Assembly: GCA_964016885.1 (NCBI GenBank)
Contig: OZ024762.1
Coordinates: forward strand, 9,858,001-9,922,000
From: Eledone cirrhosa
Taxonomy: Eukaryota
Direction: 5' to 3'
DNA length: 64,000 nucleotides
This document shows, one piece after another, positions 40,023 through 55,947 of this stretch; positions within the stretch are counted from its first letter, which is position 1, and the number at the start of each line of letters is the position of its first letter. The position numbers and the translations under genes were made by a program. Under the pieces are notes generated by a model. That model searched no databases. It saw nothing but the letters and a program-made list of their open reading frames with translations, and had not been told where the DNA came from.

Positions 40023-40767
40023 ACAACCGTGGCTACACCTAATTATTAAGGAATTAATTCAAATAATGGACAAAAAAATGAAGATATTCACATATTTACA
40101 TGTGGATACATAAATACATACATTATTCACAAATACACACATACATACACAAACATATACACGCATACACAAATACATACAAACATATACACACATACAC
40201 AAATACATACACACATACACAAACATATACACACATACACAAATACATACACACATACACAAATCCATGCTAGCGTGGAAGATAGACATTAAACAATGAT
40301 GATGATGATGATGATGATGACATACACAAATACATACGTACATACACACATAATACATACATACATACATACACATACATACATACACACATACACACAT
40401 ACATACATAAATACATACATACATAAATACATACATACACAAATACACACATACATATGTGTGTACCTACACTCATATATCATTGATATTTACAAAAACA
40501 TAAACATAAACATACACACACATGCATACACATATAAACACACACAGATACGTGCACACACACACATGCAGACACACAGAAACACAGACAGACAGACACA
40601 CACACATACACAGACATACCCACAGACCCACAGACCCACAGACACACACACACACATAAATAAACACACATACACAGACCCACACAGGCACCCACACAGA
40701 CACACACACACAGACACACAGACACACACACACAGACACACATACATACAGAAACATACACATAAAG

Positions 40768-40818
<51 letters not shown>

Positions 40819-40884
40819 TACATTTTATTCTATTTTATTCCTATTGTTGGTCTGAAGCCATGTATTGACCAACAGTGGACAGCA

Positions 40885-40936
<52 letters not shown>

Positions 40937-40952
40937 GTGTATGTATATACTG

Positions 40953-40983
<31 letters not shown>

Positions 40984-41026
40984 GTATGTATATACTGTAT
41001 ATATATATGGGTGTATGTATATACTG

Positions 41027-41057
<31 letters not shown>

Positions 41058-41071
41058 GTATGTATATACTG

Positions 41072-41102
<31 letters not shown>

Positions 41103-41113
41103 GTATGTATATA

Positions 41114-41163
<50 letters not shown>

Positions 41164-41198
41164 GTGTATACACTGTATATGTATATATATATATATGT

Positions 41199-41242
<44 letters not shown>

Positions 41243-41318
41243 GCATATATATATATATATATATAAATAATGTATACATACATGCATATATATGTATGTG
41301 TGTCTATATATATATATG

Positions 41319-41367
<49 letters not shown>

Positions 41368-41559
41368 GTATATATATATATATATATATATAATTTATAC
41401 ATACATGCATATATATATATGCATATATTTATATATACACATATATATATGTATAAATATTTTATATATGTATATATATATATTTTCCTTGCAAGCAGGG
41501 AAAAGCGGGCGTAAAATGATGATGATGTATATATTTATATATATATATATACATACATG

Positions 41560-41621
<62 letters not shown>

Positions 41622-41739
41622 CATGCATATACACTGTATATACACACATTACAATGTCATGTATAAAACATGACCAACTAACTACCAACAGTGTCAATCT
41701 GAATAACAACAAACAACCCACAATAACTAACACTATTAA

Positions 41740-43045
41740 AACAACAACCCCCACTACAACTACCACTACCACCACCACAATAATCACTTGTACTACCACC
41801 ACCACTACCACCGCCACAATAACCACCTGTACTACCACCAATACCACCACCACCACCACCACCACCACCACCACCACCACCACCACCACCACCACCACCA
41901 CAATAACCACATGTACCATTACCAACACCACCACCACCACAACAACCACCACGACCACAACAACAACCACCTGTACCACTATCAACACCTGCACTAACAC
42001 CACCACCACCACAATAACCACCTGTACCACTACCAACACCAACACCACCATCACCACCACAATAACCACCACCACCACCACCACAATAACCACCACCACC
42101 ACCACAATAACCCCCTGTACCACCACCACCACAATAACCACCTGTACCACTACCAACACCACCAGCACAACAACCACCACAATAACCAGCTGTACCACCA
42201 CCACCACCACCACAATAACCACCTGTACTACTACCAACATCACCACCACCACAACAACCACTACAACCACTACAACCACCACCACTACAATAACCACCTG
42301 TACTACTACCAACACCACCACCACCACAACAACCACCACAATAACCACCTGTACCACCACCACTACGATAACCACCTGTACTACTCCCAACACCACAACC
42401 ACCACAACCACCACCACTACAATAACCACCTGTACTACTACCACCACAACCACCACCTGTACCACCACCACCACCACCACAACCACCACCTGTACCACCA
42501 CCACTACAATAACCACCTGTACTACTACCACCACAACCACCACCACAACCACCACCTGTACCACCACCACTACAATAACCACCTGTACTACTACCACCAC
42601 AACCACCACCACAACCACCACCTGTACCACCACCACTACAATAACCACCTGTACTACTACCACCACAACCACCACCACAACCACCACCTGTACCACCACC
42701 ACTACAATAACCACCTGTACTACTACCACCACAACCACCACCACAACCACCACCTGTACCACAACCACCACCTGTACCACCACCACCACCACCACCACCA
42801 CCTGAACCACCACCACTACAATAACCACCTGTACTACTACCACCACCTGTACCACCACCACCACCACCACCACCACCTGAACCACCACCACTACAATAAC
42901 CACCTGTACTACTACCACCACCTGTACCACCACCACCACCACCACCACCACCTGAACCACCACCACTACAATAACCACCTGTACTACTACCACCACCTGT
43001 ACCACCACAACAACCACCACCACCACCACCACCACCACCACCATA
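41740..43045. repeat. (ACC)n-based compound array with 'acaataaccacctgtac' units
   Basis: Degenerate trinucleotide higher-order repeat. Confidence 0.9.
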
Positions 43046-43981
43046 CAATATATATATATAAATCTTTAATCAGTTCAGTCCTACCTTCTTTCTACATTGC
43101 TATAGAAACACTGTTTCTCTTATACATTGGTGGTGGTGGTGGTGGTGGTACAGGTGGTGGAGGTGGTGATGGTACAAGTGGTGGTGGTGGTGGTGGTGGT
43201 ACAGGTGGTGGGGGAGATAGTGGTGGGGTAGTGGTGACGGGTGGCAGTGATAGTGTTGATTGTGGTGGTGGTGGTGGTGGTGGAGATATTGGTGGGGTGA
43301 TGTTTGGGGGTGACGGGGGGGATAATGTTGATGGTGGTGGTGATGGTGGTGACGGTGGCGGATGGGGCTGTGGTGTGGGGAGATGAATGGCCAAAATTGG
43401 TGGTTATGGCAGGGGTGTAGGGTCGGTGGTGGTGGTGGTGGTGGTGACAATAATGGTTTCTTATATAGGCACAAGGCCAGCAATTTTGGGGGGAGGGGAA
43501 AGTCGATTAAATTGACCCCAGTGTATTACTGGTACTTTATTTTATCCAGCCCGTAAGGATGAAATGCAAATCTAACCTCAGTGAGATTTAAACTCAAATC
43601 ATAAAGGGCCGTAACTCTATGCTGCAAAGCATGGTGTCTGACGCTCTACCGATACTGCCAATCCACAGCCCTTGATGGTGGTGATAATAATTGTTTCTAC
43701 GTTAGGCACAAGGCCAGCAATTACCCAGTGCATTACTGGTACTTTATTTTATCGACCCCGTAAGGATGAAAGGCAAAGTTAACCTCAGCGGGATTTGAAC
43801 TCAGAATGGCAAGGGCTGTAACTCTATACGTCAAAGCATGGCGTCCGACCCTCTCCCAATACTGCCAATCCACAATGACAACAGTGAGGGCATGACGATG
43901 GTGTAGTTTTGCTGTTGTTGCGGGTTCTGTTTTTGATGTTTTTAATCTATCTATCTATCCATCTATCTATCTATCTATCTC

Positions 43982-44011
<30 letters not shown>

Positions 44012-44012
<1 letters not shown>

Positions 44013-44556
44013 CGAGCTGCAGTCCTGAGTCAAGCAAAGACCGAGGAAAATGGGCGACTGGCACATCGAATGTGCTCAGGCGCTCACAGCCCTCTGGCAG
44101 GCGGACCCGGCGATCAGTGGAGACTCCACTTCGTCATTCTATAGAGGGTTGAACCGCAGCAAGTGTGACAACGCGCTCGGTGAAACTCTAGGCGTAGAGG
44201 AAGATGAACTGGCCAGTCTGTTCGGTAGGACCTTCCTCCCGGGACCGATGGACAACTTCCAAAAGTACCTGGCCTGGCAGTGCTACTGAGGAGCTCTACC
44301 AGTTCGAGACAAGCTCTAGAGACATGGGCGCCCGGGCAGGGACCCTGCAAAAAAGAACTGTCCGAGGTGCGTGCGTAACGAAGAAACCATCGCGCACGCA
44401 TTCATACACTGCCCGGGCGTCACTGACCTGTGGGGCTATGTAGAACGACTATTGTCGTGGGTGGGACCAATCCGGTTGACCACCGAGTCCATTGTCATGA
44501 TCAAACCGCCACTCTCCTTCAAAAACGAAGGAGAGGCAGTTTTCCTTTGTGTGATA
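44012..44556 (+). mobile_element. Tx1-like LINE ORF2 internal fragment
   Basis: Homologous to 23190-23700; in-frame stop after LAWQCY; CPRCVRNEETIAHAFIHC. Confidence 0.82.
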
Positions 44557-44664
44557 ACGTCCATCTTCCACGCTAGCAATATATATATATATTTAACTGA
44601 CATATTTTTTTGTTTAATATAAGGAATTGTTTCATTGTTTTATTCATTATTTTTTTTTATATTT

Positions 44665-44785
<121 letters not shown>

Positions 44786-44883
44786 AAAGGTGAAGTAGGA
44801 AATAGCACATAAAATATATTTAAGGGTCTGCTTTTCTTTTTTGATTCGTCAAAGTGACATTATTGAAAAGATGATCTGTATTA

Positions 44884-44949
44884 TATTTTATCTGATGAAA
44901 GCGCACCATAATCTGCCTTGGTGGCCCTTGAAATATGTATAATAGAATA
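44884..44949 (+). ncRNA. Type I hammerhead ribozyme (family A), element 44873-45082 with full 3' tail
   Basis: tattttat-CTGATGA-aagcgcacca..tggtggccctt-GAAA-tatgta-TA-atagaata. Confidence 0.85.
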
Positions 44950-45078
44950 AATATGGTTTTATAAATATAGTTTCCATTTGTTAATATATTGTATATTTAC
45001 TCCAATAATTTGTTGAGTGCTTTATATCAGTTATAAAAATATTTTAGCTTGTTGTATCCCAACAAATTAAATATAACC

Positions 45079-45131
<53 letters not shown>

Positions 45132-45946
45132 CTGAGACATATTAGTTCTTTCGTTGCTTTGGTATTGTGTGGTCGGGTTTTGCCTACCGCAATGTTCAAT
45201 TTGTCAAGCTATTTAAACGTATGTTATTACTCTAAGGCTTGATTTCTACAGCTGGATGCCCTTCCTAACACCAACCTCATTTACAGTGAGTGCTGGGTGC
45301 TTTTTTTGCCGTGGCACCTCCACGACCACTTTGCAGTCCCTATCATCTCATTTCATTTTACGTCCGCTTTTCCTTGCTTGCAAGGGTGGGACGGGAACTG
45401 ATTCTGGCTTGATTTCTACAGCTGGATGCCCTTCCTAACACCAACCTCATTTACAGTGAGTGCTGGGTGCTTTTTTGCTGTGGCACCTCCACGACCACTT
45501 TACAGTGGAATGATAGGGACCCCAGTCCCTATCATCTCATTTCTACAGCTGAGTAAACTGGAGCAATGTGAAATAAAGTGTCTTGCTCAAGGAAACAACA
45601 CATCACCCGGTCTGAGAATTGAACTCACAACCTTTCGATTGCAAGGCCAATGCTCTAACCACTAAGCCATATGCCTCCATAATAATAATAATAATAATAC
45701 ACCACCATATATATATATATGGTGGTATAGGTGCCATGCTAGTGCAGTGTAGTATAGACATCCCAATGTGACAATCACAAAACAAGTGCAATACATGTGT
45801 TTTGTGCAGCTCCTATTGCAACAAAAGCATTGAAACAATTAGTTAAGATTAAATACACTGACAGACCTGCTCTAGCTGTGATTACTCTTCCACATAATTA
45901 ATTATACATACATACATTATATATATATATATGTATATATATATAC

Positions 45947-46033
<87 letters not shown>

Positions 46034-46048
46034 CACACAATGTATACA

Positions 46049-46099
<51 letters not shown>

Positions 46100-46128
46100 T
46101 CACAGAACGTATACATTCTGTGTATATA

Positions 46129-46161
<33 letters not shown>

Positions 46162-46190
46162 TCACAGAACGTATACATTCTGTGTATATA

Positions 46191-46276
<86 letters not shown>

Positions 46277-47619
46277 ATGTATACATATATACACAGCTAT
46301 ATACATATATATATACACAAATATATATACATTTGTACATGGCCATTGCACGATATACCATTATTAATAATTATTAATTCATTCTATCGTGCAGTGCCTG
46401 TGTGTGAAGATATTTGTTAAAGTGAGGAAAGACTGTGCACTGAGCCAATCCCACTCTCTGAGCGACAGTAGCTATAACCCGAAAATAAGAAAAGATCAAC
46501 ATCATCGATAACTACTGAGCTGCAGGTTTTGTATCGGAGTTATCTTAGTTTCCTGAATTGCCTTATCAGCAGCACCAGTTAATATCTATTTTCTATGCTA
46601 GCATGGGTTAGACGATTTGTCATGTAGTGAGGCTAGGCCGATCTGGTGACCATGTCTAGCTCATACAACCAGTTCTTGGTTGGGCTTGGTTTTCTATAGC
46701 TGGATACCCTTCTTAATATCAACCACCTTACAGAGTGGACTGGGAACATTTTATTGTGATTCTGGCCCCACAGCCCTACAGGACAGGCTGGGTGCTGTTT
46801 AGGCCGATCTGGTGACCATGTCTAGCTCATACAACCAGTTCTTGGTTGGTCTTGGTTTTCTATAGCTGGATGCCCTTCTTAATATCAACCACCTTACAGA
46901 GTGGACTGGGAACATTTTATTGTGATTCTGGCCCCACAGCCCTACAGGGCAAGCTGGGTGCTGTTCGTTTGTGGCAGCAGTACTACTGTTTTTCTTTTAA
47001 GACTGGGCACTTTTCTCCATGGCACCAGCAAGGCCACTTTACAAAGTGGGCTGGGTGTATTTTTACAGTGGCCCCTTCACTGGATAAGTATTGATTGGAA
47101 TATAAAGGATGGAGTTAGAATTGTTTCTACGTTTGGCACAAGGCCAGCCATTATCCCAGTGCATTACTGGTACTTTATTTTATCGACCCCCGTAGGGATG
47201 AAAGGCAAAGTTAACCTCGGCGGGATTTGAACTCAGATCGTAAAGAGCTGTAACTCGTCCGACCCTCTAACGATACTGCCAATCCACCGCCTTGGTGTTA
47301 TAATGCTATGGGAGAGGAAGTGTTCAGTCATGGTGATGGCTGGAGGCCCTTCCTAATGCCAACCACCTTACTGTGTGGTCTGGGTGCTTTTTTCATAGCA
47401 CCAGCACAACCACCTTACAGGGTGGTCTGGGAGCTTTTCATTGTGGCACCAGCATCAACACCTTACAGGGTAGTCTGGGTGCTTTTCGTCATGGTGGTGA
47501 GGATGATGACGATGATGATGATAATGATGATGATCATGATCATCATGATGCTGATGATGATGATGATGCCGACGGTGGCAATGATAAACCAGACAAAGCT
47601 AATAACAAAAAATGTTTAT

Positions 47620-47650
<31 letters not shown>

Positions 47651-47777
47651 TAATAATAATAATAATAAAAACAATAATAATAATAATAACAATATTCATA
47701 ATAATTACCAGAGTGGTGTCATTAATATATTCATAAATTGATCTGTTTATCTATGCATGTTGTTTAGTTATTGTTTA

Positions 47778-47960
<183 letters not shown>

Positions 47961-48354
47961 TCATTTCATTTCGTTTTAAGTCCGCTTTTTCCCTGCTTGC
48001 AAGGGTGGGACAGGAACTGATTCTGGCTTGATCTCTACAGCTGGATGCCCTTCCTAACACCAACCTCATTTACAGTGAGTGCTGGGTGCTTTTTTTGCCG
48101 TGGCACCTCCACGACCACTTTGCAGTGCAATGATAGGGACCCCAGTCCCTATCATCTCATTTCTACAGCTGAGTAAACTGGAGCAACGTGAAATAAAGTG
48201 TCTTGCTCAAGGAAACAACACATCACCCGGTCTGAGAATTGAACTCTTTTTTATCCAGGGAGTGTAACTAGGAGTTACTGCAGGTTCACCCGGGTGAGCA
48301 GTCGATGTTTAGGTTCACTTCAGTGATGAGGTGTAGGGCTATACAGAGTGTAAT

Positions 48355-48440
48355 ATATTGAATGGTTAACAAGGACAATTGAGTACTCCTTCATTGCAAT
48401 AAATGAAGGAGTACTCAATCGTCCTTGTTATCCTTTCAAT
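48355..48440. repeat. Inverted repeat ending at (TA)n with left-side tail
   Basis: taacaaggac.attgagtactccttcatt / aatgaaggagtactcaat.gtccttgtta. Confidence 0.7.
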
Positions 48441-48585
48441 ATATATATATATATATGTGTATGTGTGTGTGTGTATGTGTATGTGTGTGTATGTGTATAT
48501 GTGTGTATATATATATATATACTCACACACACGCATATACATACATACACACATATTTACATATATATATACATATATATATATA

Positions 48586-48668
<83 letters not shown>

Positions 48669-48718
48669 TCACACACACACATATATATACATACACACAT
48701 ATTTACATATATATGTGC

Positions 48719-48790
<72 letters not shown>

Positions 48791-48849
48791 TCACACACAC
48801 ACAAATATATACATACACACATATTTACATATATATATGCATATATATA

Positions 48850-48894
<45 letters not shown>

Positions 48895-49421
48895 GTATAT
48901 AGATATATTTGTTTATTTGCTGGCTATTATGTATTACGGTAGACCAAAGGTAGCTAAACGCCATTTTGCAACTACCCCCACCACCACCACCACCACCACC
49001 ACCATCACCATCACCACCACCACCACCACCACCACCATCACCCTCTTGTCTTCTATTTCCAGCCTTTAAGCCCGACCACAAAGACTTAGAGAAAAAAAAA
49101 CACACACAACAAGCTTTTAAGATAATTAACTCGTTAACAGAATTAAAAGATTAATGCTATTGCTGCTATTTGATTTTGGAAAGAATGGAGTTATAGCTTG
49201 TTGAAATGGATAGTTTTGTTAGTGTGGGTATGTGTGTGTGTGTGTGTCTGTGTGTGTGTGCGTGTGTCTGCAGAAATTGTACAGAAGTTCGTCAGGTGGG
49301 CGGTACATATAATTTTAAAAGCCCACACCACATTGTCATGTTGAGACAGTGAATGCATGAAAACAGTGTTTAAGGTATTCATATGTCAGTATATATATGT
49401 ATATATATATATACATATGTG

Positions 49422-49480
<59 letters not shown>

Positions 49481-49481
49481 A

Positions 49482-49515
<34 letters not shown>

Positions 49516-49526
49516 GACATATATAC

Positions 49527-49585
<59 letters not shown>

Positions 49586-50102
49586 GAGAGAAAGAGAGAG
49601 AGAGAGAGAGAAAGAGAAAGAGAAAAGGTGAAATTTGAAATAGCACGGAAAATATATTTAAGGGTCTGTTTTTCTATTTTTTTCCCTTTCTTTGATACGT
49701 CAAAGTGACATTATTGAAAAGATAAGAGGGACAATTCTTTTAAAAGAGACTTTTATAAAGTATATAAAGTATATAAAGTATATAAAGTATACAAAGTATT
49801 ACCGGTTTCAATGTATTAGTAAAATCCATCTTATCAAATGTTGAGTATTACAATTAAAAAGAATTAAGTAAATTAAAAAATAAAAATTAAGTGTTGAGGT
49901 AAGTTTTGTATCTTCCTTGTTGAGAAGGAGACTGGATACATGTAAATACATGAAGGCATCCAGCCATACAATTATAGAAACAAAGCCCAAATCAGTTCTG
50001 TGTGTGTAAAACGCAATCCTCCGAACTGGATCTCTTACAACGCGACAACCCGTACTACCCATGCTCGTGTGGAAAATGGACGTGAAACGATGATGATGAT
50101 AT

Positions 50103-50181
<79 letters not shown>

Positions 50182-50191
50182 GTATATATAT

Positions 50192-50362
50192 ATCTATCTA
50201 TCTAAGGCGGGTAAAATTCCCGAGATCCATGGACGAGTTCTCTCCAGCGGTCTCTGTCCCTCATTATCGCTGCCATGTCCTGCATTTCCAACAGACCAGT
50301 GTCTGTCCTTAGGGCATCAACATACGTTAACCTTGGTCTTCCTCTTCTAGTGTGTCCATGTA
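50192..50362 (-). mobile_element. RTE LINE 3' end with (GATA)n tail (shorter copy 25120-25190 +)
   Basis: [23 protein letters not shown]...DRDRWR on the minus strand. Confidence 0.75.
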
Positions 50363-50387
50363 TATGATGATGATGAAATGATGATGA

Positions 50388-50426
<39 letters not shown>

Positions 50427-51357
50427 GGTATCATCATCATCATCATCCTCGTTTAACGTCCACTTTCCACGCTAGAATGGGTTAAACGGGAGTTGTCCCA
50501 TGTATATATATATATAAAAGGCTCCCAGTCCACACTGTAAATGTGGTTGGTGTTAGGAAGGGCATCCAGTCATAGAAAACTTGCCAGAGACACCTCTGTA
50601 TGAGCAAGATATGGTCTCCCGACCAATCTCGCCTCAAGTAGGACAAAGCCGTCCAACCCATGCTAGCATGAAAGATGGACATTAAACAATGATGATGATG
50701 ATTATATATATCAAATTAAAAAATGGAGTTAAAGACTCACGTTAATCCCCTGTAATTTAATGAGCTCAAGGAATAGATTCTGGGCTCTTTATAAATGAAC
50801 ATATGGAGAAAAGTACACATAGAGATATGTATTCAATTATAGGAGATAGAATACCACCAGAGATATAGTTATAAACGAATGGTTTATACATTTTAATTTA
50901 TTCTTTTAATTGATATATACTCTCCATTGCATTCGTAGACGATATGTTTTTCACTCTGCTGGTATTATATCCCCTATAATTGAACATATACCTCTTTGTG
51001 TATTTTCCTCTAAATACTGTTTTATATATATATATATCATCTTCATCATCATCATCATCACCGTTTTATGTTGGTTCTTCCACGTTAGCATGGGATAGAC
51101 GGGTTATCTTGTTGTAGGCAGTGTCCGGTCGGCTGACCTTGTCCTGCTCATACTGGAACTGATTCTGGCTTGATTTCTACAGCTGGATGCCCTTCCTAAC
51201 ACCAACCTCATTTACAGTGAGTGCTGGGTCTTTTTTTTATCGTGGCGCCTACATGTCCACTTTACAGTGTGGGCTGGGTGCTTTTTTTTTTTGTTGTGGC
51301 ATCTCCACGATCACTTTGCAGTAGGAGGGGGTGAGGGCATATTGTCTATATGCTTCA

Positions 51358-51392
<35 letters not shown>

Positions 51393-51526
51393 GACCAGAT
51401 CCATACCAGAAACGTATCTACCTGGTATGGCTTCGTTGTAGTAATAGTTCAAAGCACCTAACCAGTATCAGGGAGATACAAGGTTTGATTCCTTGTAGCA
51501 GTGGATGGCAACTTCTTTTTCCATCT

Positions 51527-51739
51527 TTAACCCTTTACCATTTACATTACTTTATATTTACTATTATATTTTCATGGTAAACACTTTACACATAATATCA
51601 AATCTATGAGATTTTGATATTATTTATTTTGAGAACAACACCTTAACATCAGTATGAGTGGCCAGTTACGGCTGGTTTGAACAAAAAGAGGTGAGAGAAT
51701 TCTGGCCAGATATGGCCGGTTTAAATGCTAAAAGGTTAA
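51527..51739. mobile_element. piggyBac-type MITE
   Basis: TTAA|CCCTTTACCATTTA ... TAAATGCTAAAAGG|TTAA. Confidence 0.8.
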
Positions 51740-51896
51740 GTGTCTTTGCCATATTTTATAAGTTATTTTATAACATCACTGCACATGAGCACACCACTCT
51801 TTATATTAACTTTATCCCCTTAGCACTTTGTAAAAGTCTGAGATTTCAGCTACATATACATTGAAATATATATTTTAAAAATACATGTCAACTTAC

Positions 51897-52198
51897 TTTA
51901 TTTTGTTGAATTTCTTTGAGTCTGATGCTACGTAGCTTTTATTTGTTTCCAACAATGACGGAGAGAGAACTCTTGTGCCAGTCCTCGGTGTGTAAACCCG
52001 TTGAACTTTACCAAACTGTGGCTCCAAAGAGTCAGTCAAATGTACCAAAACCGATTCCCAAGATCGATATTGCTTTCGGTTGTAAAGGACTCTTTTACCA
52101 GCAAAATATCTATTGCCGTTCAAATAAAACATACATCGTGCTGCTGTGACTGGATGTCGGTAGTACAGGGTCCTGTAAGCGCTGGACTCAGATTCCAT
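51897..52198 (-). CDS. First coding exon of a second, divergent doublecortin-domain (DCDC2-like) protein
   Basis: MESESS..RCMFYLNGNRYFAGKRVLYNRKQYRSWESVLVHLTDSLEPQFGKVQRVYTPRTGTRV....L...KSYVASDSKKFNKI; ends AA|GTAAGT (phase 2). Confidence 0.9.
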
Positions 52199-54099
52199 TT
52201 TTTCATCAAAATCTTTGTCAAGTTTTTTTGTATTGTTTTTTTTTTGTCTTGTTTTTTTTTTGTTTTTTTTTAATATGTCATTTAGCTTCTTGCTTTGTTA
52301 TTTGTTTTGATTTTGTTTGTTTGTTTGGTGGTAAATATTCAAGAAAACTAAACAAAAATAGACTTAACTCTTAACATCCTGTAAGGATTGAGCAGAAAAT
52401 ATCTAAAAATCAGTTTGTTAATTCAAATGTTTTTAGTATCTTTACCAGTAGACAAATTGTTGTGAACATTTACAGTATTAACTCTTAACATCTTGTAAGG
52501 ATTTAGCAGAAAATATCCAAAATCAAATGTGTTTATTCAAATGTTTATAATCTTTTTACTAGTGGACAGATTGTTGTGAAAATTTGCAGTGTTAAAGTAA
52601 ATAAAAACTTCAATTTCTAATGTGATGCAGTCCTAGAGTAGTTTTGTACTTTCCAAGAAGGCCTCGTTGATGTGGTTTCATATGGTACAGGACATTAAAA
52701 GTTGAAAAAGCCCACAAAAAGATATTTATAAAATTAAGGGCTTTTTACAACTCATGTATTTTCTCTGTAAAAGAAAAAAAAACTGTTTTAATAATTAAAA
52801 AAATAATCCAAATGTTGATTGTTAGTTCAAAACAAAGGGTTTTTCCCCCACCTAAGAAATTATTCAGTTTTACTCTTTGTCTATCTATGTACAGAAACTA
52901 TTGTTCTATACCGATCCAACCATGGCCTATCCCCAGATTAAACTTGTTTTTCTTAACCCTTTTGTGTCCACATTTCTAATGAAGTACATTCTATTTCAAT
53001 TAATTAATGAAGAATATGGAGGGATTTACTAAAATTATTATGAATTGGCAGTATTGGTAGAGAGTCAAATGCCATGCTTCGCAGCATAGAGTCAGGGCCC
53101 TTTACGGTCTGAGTTGAAATCCCACTAAGGTTAACTTTGCCTTTCATCCTTACAGGGTCGATAAAATAAAGCACCAGTAACATACTGAGATCGATTTAAT
53201 CGACTTTCCCCTCTCCCCCAAATCACTGGCCTTGTGCTTATACTAGAAATTATTATTCCTTTCATTACTAAAATAGTAACTTAAGATATGGTTCTTAACC
53301 CTTTTGTGAGTGTAGGACTAATGAAATACACTCTATTTCAATTAATTAATGAAGAATATTGAGGGATTTACTAAAATTATAAATTATTTCATTACTAAGA
53401 TAGTAACATAACATAGGGTTCAGAACCTTTCAGGGTTGTGTCTCTATTGAAATACAATATGATATCAATTAATTAATGGAGAATTTGGGGGAGATTTACT
53501 AAAATTATTAATTATCTTATTACAAAGATCTTAATTGGAATAGGAACCTTTTAAAATGGGTGACTCAGTTTCTTAGAACCACAACCAGAGATGGTTTTGG
53601 TTTGGGTGAGTTGGGTTGGTATAAAAAGGGTAACCCCACTTTGAAAGTTATAATGTTGTTGTTGTTGTTGTTTAACCCCTAAATCAATTCTGATCAATTA
53701 AATAAATCAACTGAACTAACCACTAAGCCATATGGAGGCACATGACTTAGTGGTTAGAGCATTGGCTTTGCAATCGAAAGGTTGTGAGTTCAATTCTCAG
53801 ACCGGGTGATGTGTTGTTTCCTTGAGCAAGACACTTTATTTCACATTGCTCCAGTTTACTCAGCTGTAGAAATGAGATGATAGGGACTGGGGTCCCTATT
53901 ATTCCACTGTAAAGTGGTCGTGGAGGTGCCACGGCAAAAAAGTACCCAGCACTCACTGTAAATGAGGTTGGTGTTAGGAAGGTCATCCAGCTGTAGAAAT
54001 CAAACCAGAATCAGTTCCCCCCCCCCTCTTGCAAGCAAGGAAAAGCGGACTTAAAATGAAATGATGATGAATGATGATGAACCTATGATCAAATTTGGT

Positions 54100-54236
54100 A
54101 ATGGGGAATCAAGGATGGTGTGCAGGAGAGAAGACTGCAATAGTATGGACATGTGATATGCATATGGACAATGACTGATGGGTAAAGAAGTGCCAAGAAA
54201 TCCGAGTGGAAGGAAGCTGCAATAGAGGACGACCTC
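54100..54236 (+). mobile_element. RTE LINE C-terminal fragment
   Basis: VQERRLQ*YGHV..M...VKKCQEIRVEGSCNRGRP. Confidence 0.65.
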
Positions 54237-55713
54237 TATTGGTGTTGATGGTGGTGGTGGTGTTGGTGTGAGTGGTAGGTGGTGGTGTTAGTGGTGGTGA
54301 TGGTGGTGGTGGTAGTGGTGTTGGTGGTGGGGTGGTGGTGGTGATGTTGGTGTTGGTGGTGGTGGTGGTGGTAGTGGTGATTGTGATGGTGGTGTTGGTG
54401 GTGGTGGTTGGTGGTAGTGGTGGTGATGGTGGTGTAGGTGGTGGTGGTGGTAGCGGTGGTGGTGATGGTAGTATGGGTGGTGGTAGCGGTGTTAATGTTG
54501 GTAGTGGGGGTGATGGTGTTGGTGGTGGTGTTGGTGGTGTTGGTGGTGGTGTTAGTGGTGATATAGTGGTGGAGGTGGTGTTGGTGTTAGTGGTGGAGAT
54601 GGTGTTAGTGGTGGTGATGGTGGTGTTGGTGTTAGTGTTAGTGGTGGCAGCGGTGGTGATATTAGTGGTGGGGGTGCTGTTAACGAGTGGTAGGAGGTGG
54701 TGATGGTGATGAAGGTGGCAGTGGTGGTAGTAGTGGGTGGTAGGTGGCAGTGTTTATATCATAGATTTACTGTCATTATACATTACCCAAGCGCAGGGCA
54801 ATATGGCGCCTGTTGAGATAAGGACATTCTTGAAATTCTTCTAATCCGTCCATTTGATCACTTAATAAATAAAGAAATCTTTCTCAAGTGGCCATATTTT
54901 TGTCTTGGAATATATCAGGACTTCCTGCTCAAGGTTTTTTTAGTACAAACACTTAGCATGTATTGTTGTTGTTGTTGTTACTGTTGTTGTTATTGTTGTT
55001 ACTGTTGTTACTGTTGTTACTGTTGTTATTGTTGTTAATGTTGTTACTGTTGTTATTGTTGTTGTTGTTGTTGTTGTTACTGTTGTTGTTACTGTTGTTA
55101 CGGCTGTTTTACTGTTGTTGTTGTTACTGTTGTTACTGTTGTTACTGTTGTTATTGTTGTTACGGCTGTTTTACTGTTGCTGTTGTTATTGTTGTTACTG
55201 CTGTTGTTGTTGTTATTGTTGTTGTTACTATTGCTGTTGTTACTATTGTTGTTATTGTTGTTACTGTTGTTATTGTCGCTGTTACTGTTGTTGTTGTTAC
55301 CGTTGTTGTTGTTGTTGTTGTTACTGTTGTTGTTGTTGTTGTTGTTACTGTTGTTGTTGTTGTTTTAACTACTGATTTCAGTTACATTTTTCTTCCTTTT
55401 CTGGGGTTTTTATTTTTTGGTTTTTACAAACCTGAAAAAAGAAATTTAAGAAGGAAAAAAAAAAAATTTTAACAAAACTTTAAAAAAATTGAAATTGAAA
55501 AATAACAAAGAAAAACAAGACAAATTTGTAGTTTAAAACAATAAAGAAAGAAATAAAGAAATAAAAAGAAAGAAGGAAAAATATGGAAAAATGGAAAAAA
55601 AACAAAATTAATTTATAGTTTAAAACAAAAAAAAAGGGAAAATTTTCAAAAGAAATAAAAAAAAAAACAAGAAAAATTTATAGCTTAAAACAAATGAAAA
55701 TATCATCATTACT

Positions 55714-55750
<37 letters not shown>

Positions 55751-55796
55751 GCTTCACTATCATCATCATCATTAACTTCACTATCATCATAATCAT

Positions 55797-55827
<31 letters not shown>

Positions 55828-55947
55828 AGCAGCAACAGCAACAACAACAACATAAACAAGACGAACCCTCATCGGTTTGAAGAGATCCTCTTCAAACCTA
55901 TGAGGGTTGCTCTAAGTGGTCACCCGATCTGCTAGAAATCTTCCAGC

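Noticed and set aside
41270-43048. Long Thr/Val/Gly-Cys-rich ORFs (456-549 aa) resembling mucin or loricrin
   Set aside because: Open in several frames on both strands; a consequence of (ACC)n repeats, with no splice or domain evidence
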